DNA of 55,914 nucleotides, filler included, from Dirinaria sp. TL-2023a (Eukaryota): NCBI GenBank assembly GCA_051941275.1. It is 3 parts of 3 records of this genome, joined end to end, with 100 filler letters (N's around TTAATTAATTAA, not from the genome) between each part and the next. Parts side by side here need not be neighbours in the genome. Positions count along the whole stretch, not along the records: positions 37,349 to 55,914 come from JAVEBF010000379.1; 2 more parts are not named here. One strand, 5' to 3'. Shown piece by piece: positions 44,622 to 55,914 of this stretch (position 1 is its first letter; each line of letters starts with the position of its first letter). The notes under the pieces were generated by a model. It saw only the letters and a program-made list of their open reading frames with translations, ran no database searches and was not told where the DNA came from. The position numbers and the translations under genes were made by a program.

Positions 44622-47600
44622 ATGCCCAAGAGATTACGTAATGGTCACCAAAAAGGTGCTGACAGCCGTATCAGCAACGGGTTGAATAGTGCAGACAAAG
44701 CCTTTTCAGATATCGAGGCCGAGATTCTAGCTTTAGGCGGTAATAGGGAAGACTATGATTTGGTTGTCGATATCCCGTCGGACTCTGAGTACGAGAATAA
44801 TGAAACTCAATCAGCGCCTGCCAAATCATTACAGAAAGAATTGCGGAGATTGCTTCAGGACCAGGATTCAGAGAACACTGCCCATGAGGACCTGGACCAA
44901 ATAAGCCCGACCAATGGACCAGCGAAGATCGACCAAGAGATCGAAACAGTTGAGTCACGAAGAGCCAGGACCCGACTTCCTTCACTGTCTGAATGGTTTT
45001 CAATTGAGCTACCTCCATTGCGGGCACCACTGCAAGAAGAACCTCTATCATCAGGCCTAGCAGGTCGCCTCTATGAATATGCAAAGACTCTACTTGAAGC
45101 GGAAAACAAAGCATATAATGGGCAGAAGAGATCAGCCACTTCAGCTCATCAATTTTACTCCACTATCATGACTTCAGGGACCTTATCGGACAAGATCTCT
45201 GCATTAACTTTATCTATTCAGGAGTCGCCGCTCCACAACGTGAAGGCTCTGGAAAGTCTTTTAGCGCTCGCTCGAAAACGCAGCAGGAGTCAAGCGGTTG
45301 ATGTTCTTGGAGCTCTGAAAGACTTATTCGCTGTAGGCACACTTCTGCCTTCTGACCGTAAACTGCGGTATTTCTCACAACAGCCTGGGCTGTCTACAGC
45401 TTGGAATAGTTCCGGGGCTGAGTGGACACCGAGCAAGCCTTTGCCGAAGCCGCTCAAAGAAATCCACCTCATTGCGTGGTCTTATGAGGACTGGCTGAAG
45501 TCCGCTTATTTTGAGGTCATTAAGATTATTGAAACTTGGTGCAATGATGAAGTTGTGTTTGCGCGAAGTAAAGCAGTCGACTATGTCTTTCAACTATTGC
45601 GCGAAAAGCCTGAGCAGGAAGCCAACCTTCTACGCCTTCTTGTGAACAAGCTAGGTGATTCAGATAAGAAAATAGCATCGAAAGCGTCGTACAATCTTCT
45701 TCAGCTTCAAATGCCACATCCACTGATGAAATCAACCATCATTTCGGCTATTGAATCCGATTTGCTGTTTCGACCCAATCAGAGTCTGCATGCCAAATAC
45801 TATGCAACAATAACCTTGAATCAGACGCCTTTAAGCGCAAAGCAAGAAAGCGTGACGAAGCAATTGCTCGAGATCTATTTCAGTCTATTCATACAGCTTT
45901 TAGCGAAGCCGGTTCCTACCGCTAAAGATTCGATAGATTTTAATAAAAAAGGTGAGATTCAAGGAGGCGGGGGCAGAAAAGGTAGAAAAGCTCGTAAGAA
46001 GCAAGCAGTCAACGTGGGCGTCAGAACCACTGAGGACCAGCTGCGAGAAAAAATTCTGTCTGCAGTCTTGACGGGGGTCAATCGTGCAATACCTTATGCG
46101 AACGTGAATGACGGGTCGTAAGTCCTCTTCGTCGCAGACGCCCTTTATGAGAAGTGTTGCTGATGTGTCTTCAAGATTCGAAAAGCACATGGATACACTC
46201 TTCAAAGTCACACATTCCTCCAATCTCAATACCAGTATACAAGCCTTGATACTTGTACAGCAACTTGTGGGCCTTCATCAGGGTACTGCTGATCGATTTT
46301 ATCGAACGTTGTATGAATCGCTACTTGACCCTAGGCTTCTCACTACATCCAAACAAACCTTATATCTCAATCTACTATTCAAAGCGCTGAGGTCTGACCT
46401 CAATACCAAGAGAGTTAAAGCCTTCATTAAGCGCCTATTCCAAGTAGCACCCATGCATCAGGCTCCTTTCGCATGTGCTTCTATATATTTGGTACGAGAG
46501 CTCGAGACTATTTTCCCAGACTTAAAGCCTTTCTTAGATCAGCTCGAAGAGGCCGAAAGTGACGTTGAGGAGACTTTCCATGATGTGCCGGAGGACGATG
46601 ATGCTTGGAATCAGGAATTAACGTCCAGACAAGAAACAGATGGTGTGGTATCGAAGTCGGCCAGAATGCAGAGCCTGTATGATGGAAGGAAAAGGGACCC
46701 GCAGCACAGCAATGCTGACAAAAGTTGTTTTTGGGAGCTTGTAAGTGATGAAAAGCTCCGCGGGATGCCGTGGCGGAGAGCGCTGTACGTTAGCACTGGG
46801 GTACTAATAAGTCCAGACTCCACTCCTAAAATACTACCACCCGTCAGTCTCCCTGTTTGCTACAAGACTAGAGCACCACGAAATCCTGCCCCCAAAGCCA
46901 GACCTGACTTCGAACACGCTGTCGCACTTCCTTGACCGCTTTGTATACCGAAATCCCAAGTCTAAGTCCACGGCTCGTGGCACGTCTATCATGCAGCCAT
47001 TGGCTGCAGGCGATAGTAGTGGCCTACTAATCACTACACATCCCAGAAAGCCGGCACCGGCTCCCGTAAACACTGAGTTCTCCTCGAACGTAGATCTTGG
47101 GGAAGTCGCGGCTGATGAAGTATTCTTTCACAAGTACTTCAGTACCACGAGTAAAGGAAAGCAGCAAGCGAAGAAGAAGAAAGAAAAGCGCAAGCGCCAG
47201 GCAGATGAACATAGTGAGGCAGAAGAGGATGAAGAGGAGATCTGGCAGGCGCTTGTTAACTCACGACCTGAGCTCGAAGGCAACAGTGACGACGAAGGGT
47301 CGGAATTGGATGATATGGCGTCTGTCGCTGATTACTCCGACGTCGCTAGCTCAACTGAAGACCGTGGCCAGTCATTGGAAAATGACGACGCTCAGCAGCT
47401 AGACTTAGAGGATGGTGAAGAAGCACTCATTGGAAGCGACGGCGAAGTCCCCGACAATCTCGACAAGGCGTTCGAAGAGGAGGCAGAATTCGGTGACAGT
47501 TCGGAAGCGCCAATTTTGGGCATCAAACAGCACAAGCAGCAACGGAGAAGGAAGAGACTCAAGCTTAAGAATCTGCCGACGTTTGCATCAGCGGAGGACT

Positions 47601-47629
47601 ACGCCAAAATGCTTGATGAAGAAAGTTAG
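44622..47629 (+). CDS. MAK21: Ribosome biogenesis protein Mak21/Noc1 (CEBPZ family), ~957 aa
   Basis: Introns 46118-46175 and 46741-46816. Motifs: SGTLSDKISALTL..QESPLH, KPEQEANLLRLLVNKLGD, LTGVNRA.PY, DRFYRTLYESLLDPRL, YDGRKRDP..SNAD, YYHPSV, FLDRFVYRNPK, LPTFASAEDY. Confidence 0.95.
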
Positions 47630-47910
47630 GCTTGATATTTTGAGTCAGATCAAATTACCCATAAATGTATTCGCTGCTTTGACGCTTTGCAGCCTGAATA
47701 GGTGTAAGCTACCTTTTATCATAAAACCTACTTAAGTACCCTTGTTGGCCGTTGCCCTTCACTATCCGTTCTGATCGTCATGGCGCATCGTATGCTGACT
47801 CTCCAGGGCTGTCTTCGGCAGTTCGGTCCTTGAATCGTGTTGCCGAGCGCCGAGGCTTTACTTCGACTCGATTTATTCTAGCCCTCTCTGTGCATTCAAT
47901 TTGAATCTCA

Positions 47911-48933
47911 ATGTCACTACTACACCATGCTTCGTCCTCACTCATACGAGCTAGGATCGTTTCAAAAACATTCTTCAAGCCATCAAATGTCCAACCTACT
48001 TTGGCCGTAAAACAAACACAGATTTTATTTCGCCATCCCGTCAAATGGCAGTCATACGCAACAGGAAATGGTTAGACAGAGCTTCAATCAGTGGCTTGAT
48101 ATAGGCCGCAAGGCTAATTTAGAGTCCATACAGCTTTCCAAGGCTCAACAGCTCGCCAAAGCCGATTCCGCCAGCTACTCACCCTCTCCGCCCTCTCAGT
48201 CGTTTTCACCTCGGCGGGTTTCTTGCTAGCCACTGCTCCGGCCATCGCCTCCATAATTGCTCTTATGAGCCCGCCTTCCGATGCCGAATCTCTTAGAGCA
48301 TTCAAGGCCCCTGATGAATTTGCACGCGCAGTGGAGGCTTATATAGATAATCATCCGCTTTCGCGAAAGCTGCGTGCAGACCCTGCTTTCCGCGAGTCGA
48401 AACCCCACATGCGACAACCTCCGGAGCAGCGCAAGCACAGCCTTACATCGGGGACATTACTCGGTCCGGGCATGATCCCTGTGCCACCTCTCGCGTTTAC
48501 GAAAGAAGGGGAGGAGATCGTTGTGATTCTCTACCTCGGTACGGAACTATGTGGACACGTTGGAATGGTACACGGAGGCATGCTAGGGACCCTCATAGAT
48601 GAAGGACTGGCAAGATGCTGTTTCGCCGCGCTACCACATAAAATCGGAGTGACGGCTAATTTGAACATCAATTATAAGAGCCCTACAAAGGCCGGATCCT
48701 ACGTTGTTCTCAAAGCCAAAACCCAGAAGATTGAGGGCAGGAAAGCATGGGTTGAAGGACGAATCGAGACACTAGGAGAAGACGAACAGCCTGGTACAGT
48801 GCTTGTTGAGGCCACTGCCTTGTATATCGAGCCGAAATACGCTTCGGTACGTTTGTCATAGGAGAACCAAGAAAAAGATCACCTTGAAACAGGAGCTAAC
48901 GATATGCAGACGATGAAGACGATTGTAGGATAA
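47911..48933 (+). CDS. PaaI/hotdog-fold thioesterase (THEM4/Fmp10-like, probably mitochondrial), ~298 aa
   Basis: Exons 47911-48070, 48134-48846 and 48910-48933. Motifs: LTSGTLLGPG, LCGHVGMVHGGMLGTLIDEGL, GVTANLNINYKSP, EGRKAWV, ALYIEPK. Confidence 0.88.
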
Positions 48934-49399
48934 CAAGTATTTGCCGCTGAATAATGATCCTGTATGGCATTGCGAGGTTCAACACGTATAGAGGATTCCG
49001 GTACAGAAGCACTACACCTGTCTTGCATTGCAGAGAAGGGTCCTGCTTCCTACGAGAATAGACATAATTATGGACTCTATAGACTTTGATCTATGACTAG
49101 ACATGACATGCGTTATGTTATCATAATGTGTCCCAATCCATCAAAAAAGTGGTAATGAGAATGGGACTGAAGCATGGACCACAGTACTAATACCTTACCT
49201 TACGCTATCCACCTGTCCATTTTAGGGTTTAGAGGTGCCCTTCGCCTTGCTGATTGGCCGCTTAAGCAACGTCTCTTCAGAGTTCGCTGCGGCGCTGCCA
49301 ACACCAGGTTTCTTGTAGCTTCAAGGGCCATGCCCCTTGCAATCCAATGTTGCCAGATCCAATAGACCGATAGTACATTCGAGAACCCTGCCTGCAAGT

Positions 49400-50812
49400 A
49401 TGTCTAAAGGCACCAAATATCTACTGGTATCGCTCCCTACAAATATCGCTCTCGCCAATGACCACGATGAAGCTCTCACAGCTATGCGCTCCGCAGTGGG
49501 CATGGACAATGCAACTACAGTGCCATTCAAGATACCCGAATTCAAGATTGGGACATTGGACGCATTAGTTCAGCAAGCCGATGAGCTATCCAAGCTAGGT
49601 TCGGCATGCGAAGGTGTGGTGGGAAAGGTAGGCGATTCGCTGAGGACAATTTTGGAAGGAGATGAGGAGAAGATCTCGCAGTCCAAGACAGTCAATGATA
49701 GTCAGTCGAAAGTGCTAGGACATCGTGGATCGTGCTGGGCTAACGCTTCGCTCCAACAGAACCCTTAGATCAATACCTAAGAAGCTTCCACTGGAACAAA
49801 GTGAAATACAGGGCAGACAAACCTCTGGGAGAGCTTATAAGCATGCTTCAAAAGGTGATATATATATATTTTGAAGCTGATAGGCTTAGGCAATCTCTTG
49901 CTAAATTCTGCTTTAGGAAGTGACAAGCATAGACAACGATGTCAAAAACAAGTACAATCAGTATAACCAAGTCAAGACCTCTCTCACAGCTCTACAGCGA
50001 AAGCAAACGTATGGAATGGCTTCGCTCTATCATAACGTAAGGGCTAACGGGCGGCAGAGGCAACCTCTCAAACAAATCCCTTACCACTGTCGTTGATCCA
50101 TCTCTCATCATCCGAGACTCGGAATATCTCGAAACACACCTTGTTGCTGTCCCAAACACTATCACGAAAGACTTCATTAAAACCTACGAGACACTCTGCG
50201 CCATGATTGTCCCCCGTTCCGCTGTCAAAGTAGACGCTGATGACGAGTTCACCCTTTACGCCGTTACGACATTCAAGAAGACAGGCCAGGAGTTTATACA
50301 TAAATGTAGGGAGCGCAAATGGACACCTCGCGATTACAAGTACAAAGAGGGTGGGAGAGAAGAGGAACAGAAGGAGGTCGATAAAGTGGCGAAAGATGAG
50401 AGAAAGGTCTGGAATGAGGCCTTGAGGTTGGGGAGGACGGCTTGGGGAGAAGCGGTCATGGCATGGGTGCATGTGTTAGCATTACGGGTGTTTGTAGAGA
50501 CCGTATTGAGATATGGGCTACCACTCTCATTCGTCTGCGGTCTCGTGAAGGTATTCCGGAGTTGTAACCAATCCCTCCAAAATCTCTGCTAACTCGTACC
50601 CGGGGCAGACGACACCGAAACTCATGAAAAGAGTCCGTAACTCTCTCGACTCTTCCTATTCTTACCTTGCTGGTAATGCGTTCGGACGAGACAAAAAGGG
50701 ACGAGTGCAGAAAGACGACTCATCTACCTCGGCGGATATGCAAGCAGCTGGCCATACAGGCGAGGGCGGCGAGTACTCGGCCTACGTATGTTACGAATTC
50801 GAGATCAACTAG
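49400..50812 (+). CDS. VMA5: V-type ATPase V1 subunit C, ~394 aa
   Basis: Exons 49400-49700, 49760-49854, 49917-50008, 50058-50550 and 50609-50812. Motifs: FKIPEFKIGTLDAL, FHWNKVKY, RKQTGNLS, SEYLETHLVAVP, MIVPRS, LRVFVETVLRYGLP. Confidence 0.96.
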
Positions 50813-50944
50813 CATCGATCTTTCGAATGTATTTTCTGCGAGCGTGGTGAGGTCATGCCCGTGTCCATAGAGCCTCCGCTGCAGAGAACACGTCACTCGG
50901 AGCTTCGCAGCAGGGCCATCTCTATTCCATCCTCCAGCTTTGAC

Positions 50945-51668
50945 TTATTCCGCCTTCTGCCCTTCCGCTATTTTCTGCAACTTCAAAAGCCCCTTCTCAT
51001 CCAGATACTTCAAAATTTGCTTCACCCCTTCCTCCACCCCCGTTTCCCCGCTCCTGATCACGATCTCTGCATTCTCAGGCTCCTCGTAAGGCGCGCTCAC
51101 CCCCGTAAATTCCTTAATCTCTCCCGCCCTGGCCTTCTTATACAAACCCTTTGGATCCCTCTTCTCCGCCTCCTCCACCGCGATCTGCACATACACCTCC
51201 ACAAACGCCAGTCCGCGATCCTCGTGCAACTTCCGGGCCAATTCCCGATCCTTGCGGTAGGGGCTGATGAAGCTCGTCAAGGCCACGGTGCAGCTATCCG
51301 CGAACAGCAGCGCGACTTCGGCGATGCGCCGGATGTTCTCGTTGCGGTCGGTCTCGCTGAAGCCGAGGTCGCGATTGAGCCCGAAGCGGACGTTGTCGCC
51401 ATCGAGCCGGTAGGCGGACAGGGAGGAGTGCAGGAGGTGCTGCTCGAGCGCGGTGGCGATGGTGGATTTACCCGAGGCGGAGAGCCCCGTGAACCAGATT
51501 GTAAGGCCGGGTTGGGAGCGCAGGGTGCTGCGTTCGCTGTGGGTTAGGGAGTGCGGGTGCCAGGTTATGTTGCTGCAGTTGAGTCAGGTTTCATGGCTTG
51601 GCTGATACTACAATGCTGACGATTGCAATTCGCTGGGAGTTTTCTGGGCGGCGTACCTACGTGGCCAT
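50945..51668 (-). CDS. MET14: Adenylyl-sulfate (APS) kinase, ~211 aa
   Basis: 8-nt exon 1 (51668-51661) and exon 2 (51572-50945). Motifs: MATNITWH, P-loop [63 protein letters not shown]. Confidence 0.97.
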
Positions 51669-52777
51669 TGTATCTACAGATGGATGATAGGAGTATGTAT
51701 GGCCCCACTTAAGGTATTGTTTCTTCGATTCTACCTCACCTTATGCTTGGCAGCCGGCTTCCGGATCGGCAAGGCGGCGCTATGTCAGGAGGGCTAACTG
51801 AATATAGCTGCCGGTGATCTACCGAGAAGGTTTTTTCGGTTCAGATGTCTCTTTCTCTCCTGACTGCTTCATCTTACTTGTTCGCCGATCATATTATCAG
51901 CGCCTTTGGAACTCAATCAGGCATCTCATAGAAGAGCAAACGCCCAACTCGACTGCGATACAGTAGCTCTGAGACTCGTTGTCTAGCAAATACTATGGTC
52001 CTGAACCCAGACATGTCATGACATGGCTGAAGTCTATTAGTTAAGCTGACGACTTTGACAACAGTGCGAACTCCGTTCAATATGATGGGTTGGGCTGCGC
52101 TTGGATCCTTCTTCAGTAGCAATTCTAATGCGGCAAATCTTTGTTCCAGGTTTGCTTCAGCAGCGACAATGCCATGTTGACAATTCACTTATTCAAAGCG
52201 GAAATACTCTCATGCTACTGTACTTAGGTGTGCGACTTCAAAGCAGCTGTACGTCATTGATCATTATGCGCCGATTCCATGGCTGGCAGTGTGCTATAGG
52301 AGTACGCGTGGTAAAGTAGACAGCTAGGGGTACTCTGCCATCTGCTAAGATCTCATAAAGTAGCAACAAAGGCAACAATGTGGCAATGGCTAAGCATGGA
52401 ACTGATCACGGAACCGTGGAAACGCCTGTCCCTTCCGGAGGTACATAGTATGGTTAAGTCTCTCTTAAGTAACTCTGTAAATTTCATACTTTGAACTATC
52501 AAACATAGAGGCTGAAGCAAGAAGACTCTGTGTCGATCACGATCCAGTAATCGTGATTACCCTTTCACATATGAGCCATGAATGTACAAATGCATCATTC
52601 AGGAAAGAGCAGTGATCGTTCCTCCTTGTTGCCGCCATATGAAAGCCAAGTGAGCGTCTGAGGCAATTGTCCTCTGGCGAATTTGTTGCAGATCTGCGTT
52701 CCCGATATTCGTTCTTGGCAGAATGCTTCTGATCAAGAGTCAGAAGAGCCAAAAAAGAGTAAGCGACTTAGGTCTCC

Positions 52778-55477
52778 ATGGACTCCTTACTTGAAGTGTT
52801 GTGTGCGTGGGTTAGAAAGGCGCTAGTGAAGTCGCTACTTTTGTGTTGTCTTTCATTCACACCCAGACGCATCCCACTCAACTCCTCACCTCGACTCCCT
52901 CCAGCCCATGGAAATTCTGACTGCACAGCTACAACAAACCCACCTCTGTGGAAGTTCTATGGATATCATTCTCTAATCTTTAGGATTCGCTACTGGCTAC
53001 TTGCCAATAGCTCTCGGAAAACTAGTGCGCAACGCAACCCGCCACAATGGTCAGCATGTATGACTGGGCGATGGAAAAGATTATTGGGCCTGGTAAGCTC
53101 CGATCCCAACGTTCGAACAGCTGGGTTGCGCGGCCACTCATTGTATACAGTGCGCATGAGCAAGCACACGCAGCGCGTTCTCGACCACCGCTATCAGGTC
53201 GCCATGGCAAAGAAAGTCAAGTCGCAGGATCCTGTCGAGGCCGCAATTGGGCGCCAAGGTCAAGCAATCCGCCGGTCATGCATCGAGTCGACAAAAGCTA
53301 GCCTTATATCAAGTATTTCGACTGCCGACTCGTCCCGTGACCATGACAATAGCCCCCTATCCAGAGCCACATCCAACCTCACGGATATCACAGTGCCTGA
53401 CACCGAAGAACTGATCGACAAGCTGTTTGGCGGGGTGCCTAAGTGGCAGCCCGGATCTTTCGGTCGAGATCCTGGTTCCAGAAGAAATCTCACCTATGAC
53501 AACATCTTAGGCGAAGGTCCTAAACCATCGCCGCCATCAAGACCAAAGCCATCCGAGCGTGAAGAAGGGAATCACGACCGATATATGCGCTTGTATGGTA
53601 GTTACATGCGTTTCGAAGGTAACGACAAGGAGGATCGCAGTTACAATCAACTCTCTCTCAATGAACAGAAGCAGCGAATCAAAGACGTCCAAAAGGCGAA
53701 GAACATTCAAGTCGTATTGCACTTTCCAGAATGGAAAACGGAGTACAGGGGTTATGGGAGGTATCGCACGACAGCAGGTCTGTCTACCGAAGTAACGAAC
53801 CAGAAATTGATCAGTGCCATGGGTCCCACAGCAGATGTACTGGGTGTGCACGAGGACGTTGAGTTGGAGGGATACGGAGGTATCACATTGTTTGATCTGC
53901 TCCGTCTAAATTTCAAGAAGGAGATACAGAGAAAACTCAGAAGCCCAAGAGAAGAGGTGGTAGACGGTATCAAAGTCGTCCGTGGATTTCCAATTCCCGA
54001 AGAGCGCAAGATCAGGGTGGCCAATGTCTATCTTAACCCTCTCACCTTTGCGGCGTTTGGAGATCTCCAGGATTGGGAGCAAGCCTCCGATTGGCGTTTA
54101 ATTCACCATCACTGCTGGGCGGGTGATGACTACCACGAAAAGCGAGCGGAAGAGCTAGATCTTGTTGAAACTTATCCACAACCACGACTGAACGACGATC
54201 CCAACCTCATTCCGAAGCCCGTGGGATTCACCAAATTCTCCGGACCAGAGGTTGCTTGTCTCCCAGACCGTCATCCTGCCATCAAGCATTCCGATCTCGA
54301 AGCTCTCAAGCCGCTCATCGATGCCTCCCCTATCAAACCACGCCAACAGCCGAGAGCGCGACCGATTGCGATCACCAAAGATTCATCATTAGGGCCACAT
54401 CTTAGAAATGAAGTGCCTGCTCGACCGCCGATGCAGCGTCGAATATCTGATCGAAGCCAGAAAGCGAAGAAGGCGAACAAGAAGCTTGGTAAAAAGCGAG
54501 TAGCGTCGGCGATTGAGCTTCCTCAGCCCCCAAAGCCGGAGAAGTCTGCGCACAGTACCGTGACCACACACTCAGGGGAAGCAGCCAAAGCAGGAGCTGT
54601 GAAGAACGCTACTACCTCAACGAATGAAGAGAAGCCGGCGGAGTATGAGGACTCCCCTCCAGCCGAGCTTCTGGTCACGCCGCCTACCGAGTTAAGCTAT
54701 GAATCTAAGCAATTACAGCCTGGAGTCGCAATCGCCTTCAGCAAGGCATCGCGCAATGATTCGGGATACTCGTCGGGGAAACCATCTCTCACTCAACTTG
54801 TCCGCGGTGCTTCTTCGAGGGTAACGCAACCAAACGACCAGAAGGTCATTGAGAAGCCATCGAGTACTTCAGGGAAATCAGAGATTCCGCCGATCAAGAT
54901 CATTGTTCCTAGCTCTTCGCCCGTAATCGAGGCAAAGAGCGCTTCGGTTGAAAAGCGGAATGCAAACTTACCAGAAAAGTCCCAAAAGCGCGTTACCTGG
55001 GACCAGAATGTGGTCAGCAAGGTCAGTATGCCTAGAGCTGTAGCTCAAGTCGACGAAATAGCTGGCCCAAACCCAAGTCAGTGCTACGTGCGCACAGGAC
55101 GTGCTCAACCTCAAGCTTCAAATTCAAACACGGGCGCACATCCCATGTCTTGCCATGGCACTGCGCCTATCTTGAAGAAGCGAGACAGAGGTATGACTGC
55201 CGAGCTTGCGGTCCCCTCTGCCACGAACAACGAACCGTTACCCAAGACCGTGCAGCAATCTTGTAGACTTGCACAATTAGCAAAGATCCCGCAACAGCAT
55301 GCTACCACCATCACCAATAATCCACCACCGGTTCCTCGTTATGAGCCAGCATATGCGACTGCACAGCTCTCAAATGCAGCAGTACACAAGATTGCAACCA
55401 TTGATAATCTTCCCCCGATTCCTGAGCAAGAGCCATCAACAGCCACTGACGACGAAGCTTGGGAAGAAGTGGCTTAG
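52778..55477 (+). CDS. Uncharacterised large protein (ORF up to 899 aa; true start may be a downstream ATG) with a probable central folded region and a long disordered Pro/Ser/Lys-rich tail
   Basis: A 2.7-kb uninterrupted ORF is too long to be chance. No family motif recognised. Confidence 0.7.
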   Translation: MDSLLEVLCAWVRKALVKSLLLCCLSFTPRRIPLNSSPRLPPAHGNSDCTATTNPPLWKFYGYHSLIFRIRYWLLANSSRKTSAQRNPPQWSACMTGRWKRLLGLVSSDPNVRTAGLRGHSLYTVRMSKHTQRVLDHRYQVAMAKKVKSQDPVEAAIGRQGQAIRRSCIESTKASLISSISTADSSRDHDNSPLSRATSNLTDITVPDTEELIDKLFGGVPKWQPGSFGRDPGSRRNLTYDNILGEGPKPSPPSRPKPSEREEGNHDRYMRLYGSYMRFEGNDKEDRSYNQLSLNEQKQRIKDVQKAKNIQVVLHFPEWKTEYRGYGRYRTTAGLSTEVTNQKLISAMGPTADVLGVHEDVELEGYGGITLFDLLRLNFKKEIQRKLRSPREEVVDGIKVVRGFPIPEERKIRVANVYLNPLTFAAFGDLQDWEQASDWRLIHHHCWAGDDYHEKRAEELDLVETYPQPRLNDDPNLIPKPVGFTKFSGPEVACLPDRHPAIKHSDLEALKPLIDASPIKPRQQPRARPIAITKDSSLGPHLRNEVPARPPMQRRISDRSQKAKKANKKLGKKRVASAIELPQPPKPEKSAHSTVTTHSGEAAKAGAVKNATTSTNEEKPAEYEDSPPAELLVTPPTELSYESKQLQPGVAIAFSKASRNDSGYSSGKPSLTQLVRGASSRVTQPNDQKVIEKPSSTSGKSEIPPIKIIVPSSSPVIEAKSASVEKRNANLPEKSQKRVTWDQNVVSKVSMPRAVAQVDEIAGPNPSQCYVRTGRAQPQASNSNTGAHPMSCHGTAPILKKRDRGMTAELAVPSATNNEPLPKTVQQSCRLAQLAKIPQQHATTITNNPPPVPRYEPAYATAQLSNAAVHKIATIDNLPPIPEQEPSTATDDEAWEEVA

Positions 55478-55914
55478 CCGGCCACCCTCATCACACTTTC
55501 ATCATCAAACCAGCGCTTCCGTCCGCGCACCCTTTACACTTAATCACCAACCCCCCCTTTTTTTTTGTTCCACACGATGCTGGCTCAGCAGGTAATAATA
55601 ATAATATCCGAAAGGCGGTGAGGGGGCTTATGAGCCGAAAATTGGAAGGGGGGGCGGAAATTTGAAGTCCCGATGGACGGAGGAATTTTTGCAAAAGCAT
55701 GCAGCGGGCGGGGCGGCAAGGTTTATTTATTCGATCGGTCTTCTATTCATTCTCCTTTGCACAGTGGGCGATACAAGAAGGTCATTACACACAGACAGAC
55801 ACACACACGCGTGCAAGGACTTTTCTTAGCAACCTCCTTTTTTTTTTTCTTCTTTTTTTTGAGGGACCGAAGCGAAGCGATGATACCCCAGGCGCGTGAG
55901 TGACGGCCCTGACT

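Noticed and set aside
50855..51547. 230-aa + strand ORF
   Set aside because: Antisense shadow of the GC-rich MET14 coding sequence.
1..55914. tRNA, rRNA, snoRNA, CRISPR arrays, intact transposons or a secondary-metabolite backbone gene
   Set aside because: None recognisable by eye; small ncRNAs cannot be excluded without Infernal/tRNAscan-SE.

Overview
Intron-containing genomic DNA of a filamentous ascomycete (Pezizomycotina-type GT..CTRAY..YAG introns, mostly 48-110 nt). Two artificial N44-TTAATTAATTAA-N44 spacers (18581-18680, 37249-37348) split the window into three contigs whose adjacency is not guaranteed. Most genes are housekeeping: an ANTH/YAP180 adaptor, mitochondrial AspRS, IKS1 kinase, a MARVEL protein, SWC4, LEO1, MOB2, mitochondrial rhomboid, MAK21, a PaaI thioesterase, VMA5 and MET14. 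Two regions stand out. (1) At 310-3978 (-), a six-exon gene encodes a ~1130-aa secreted modular protein. Its ~380-aa C-terminal domain follows a Kex2-type KR site and carries, in order, the motifs of the glutamine-synthetase-fold actin cross-linking domain (ACD) of Vibrio MARTX/VgrG1 toxins, making it a candidate fungal ACD-like toxin or effector. (2) An accessory block at ~22-36.4 kb holds an alpha/beta-hydrolase, a GNAT, a PTH11-like receptor, an F-box-like ORF and a degenerate relic. It ends in a head-to-head pair of a micro-exon-rich AAA+ ATPase and a NACHT/STAND-like protein lacking Walker A. All gene models were spliced by eye and all family calls rest on recalled motifs; no database search was run.
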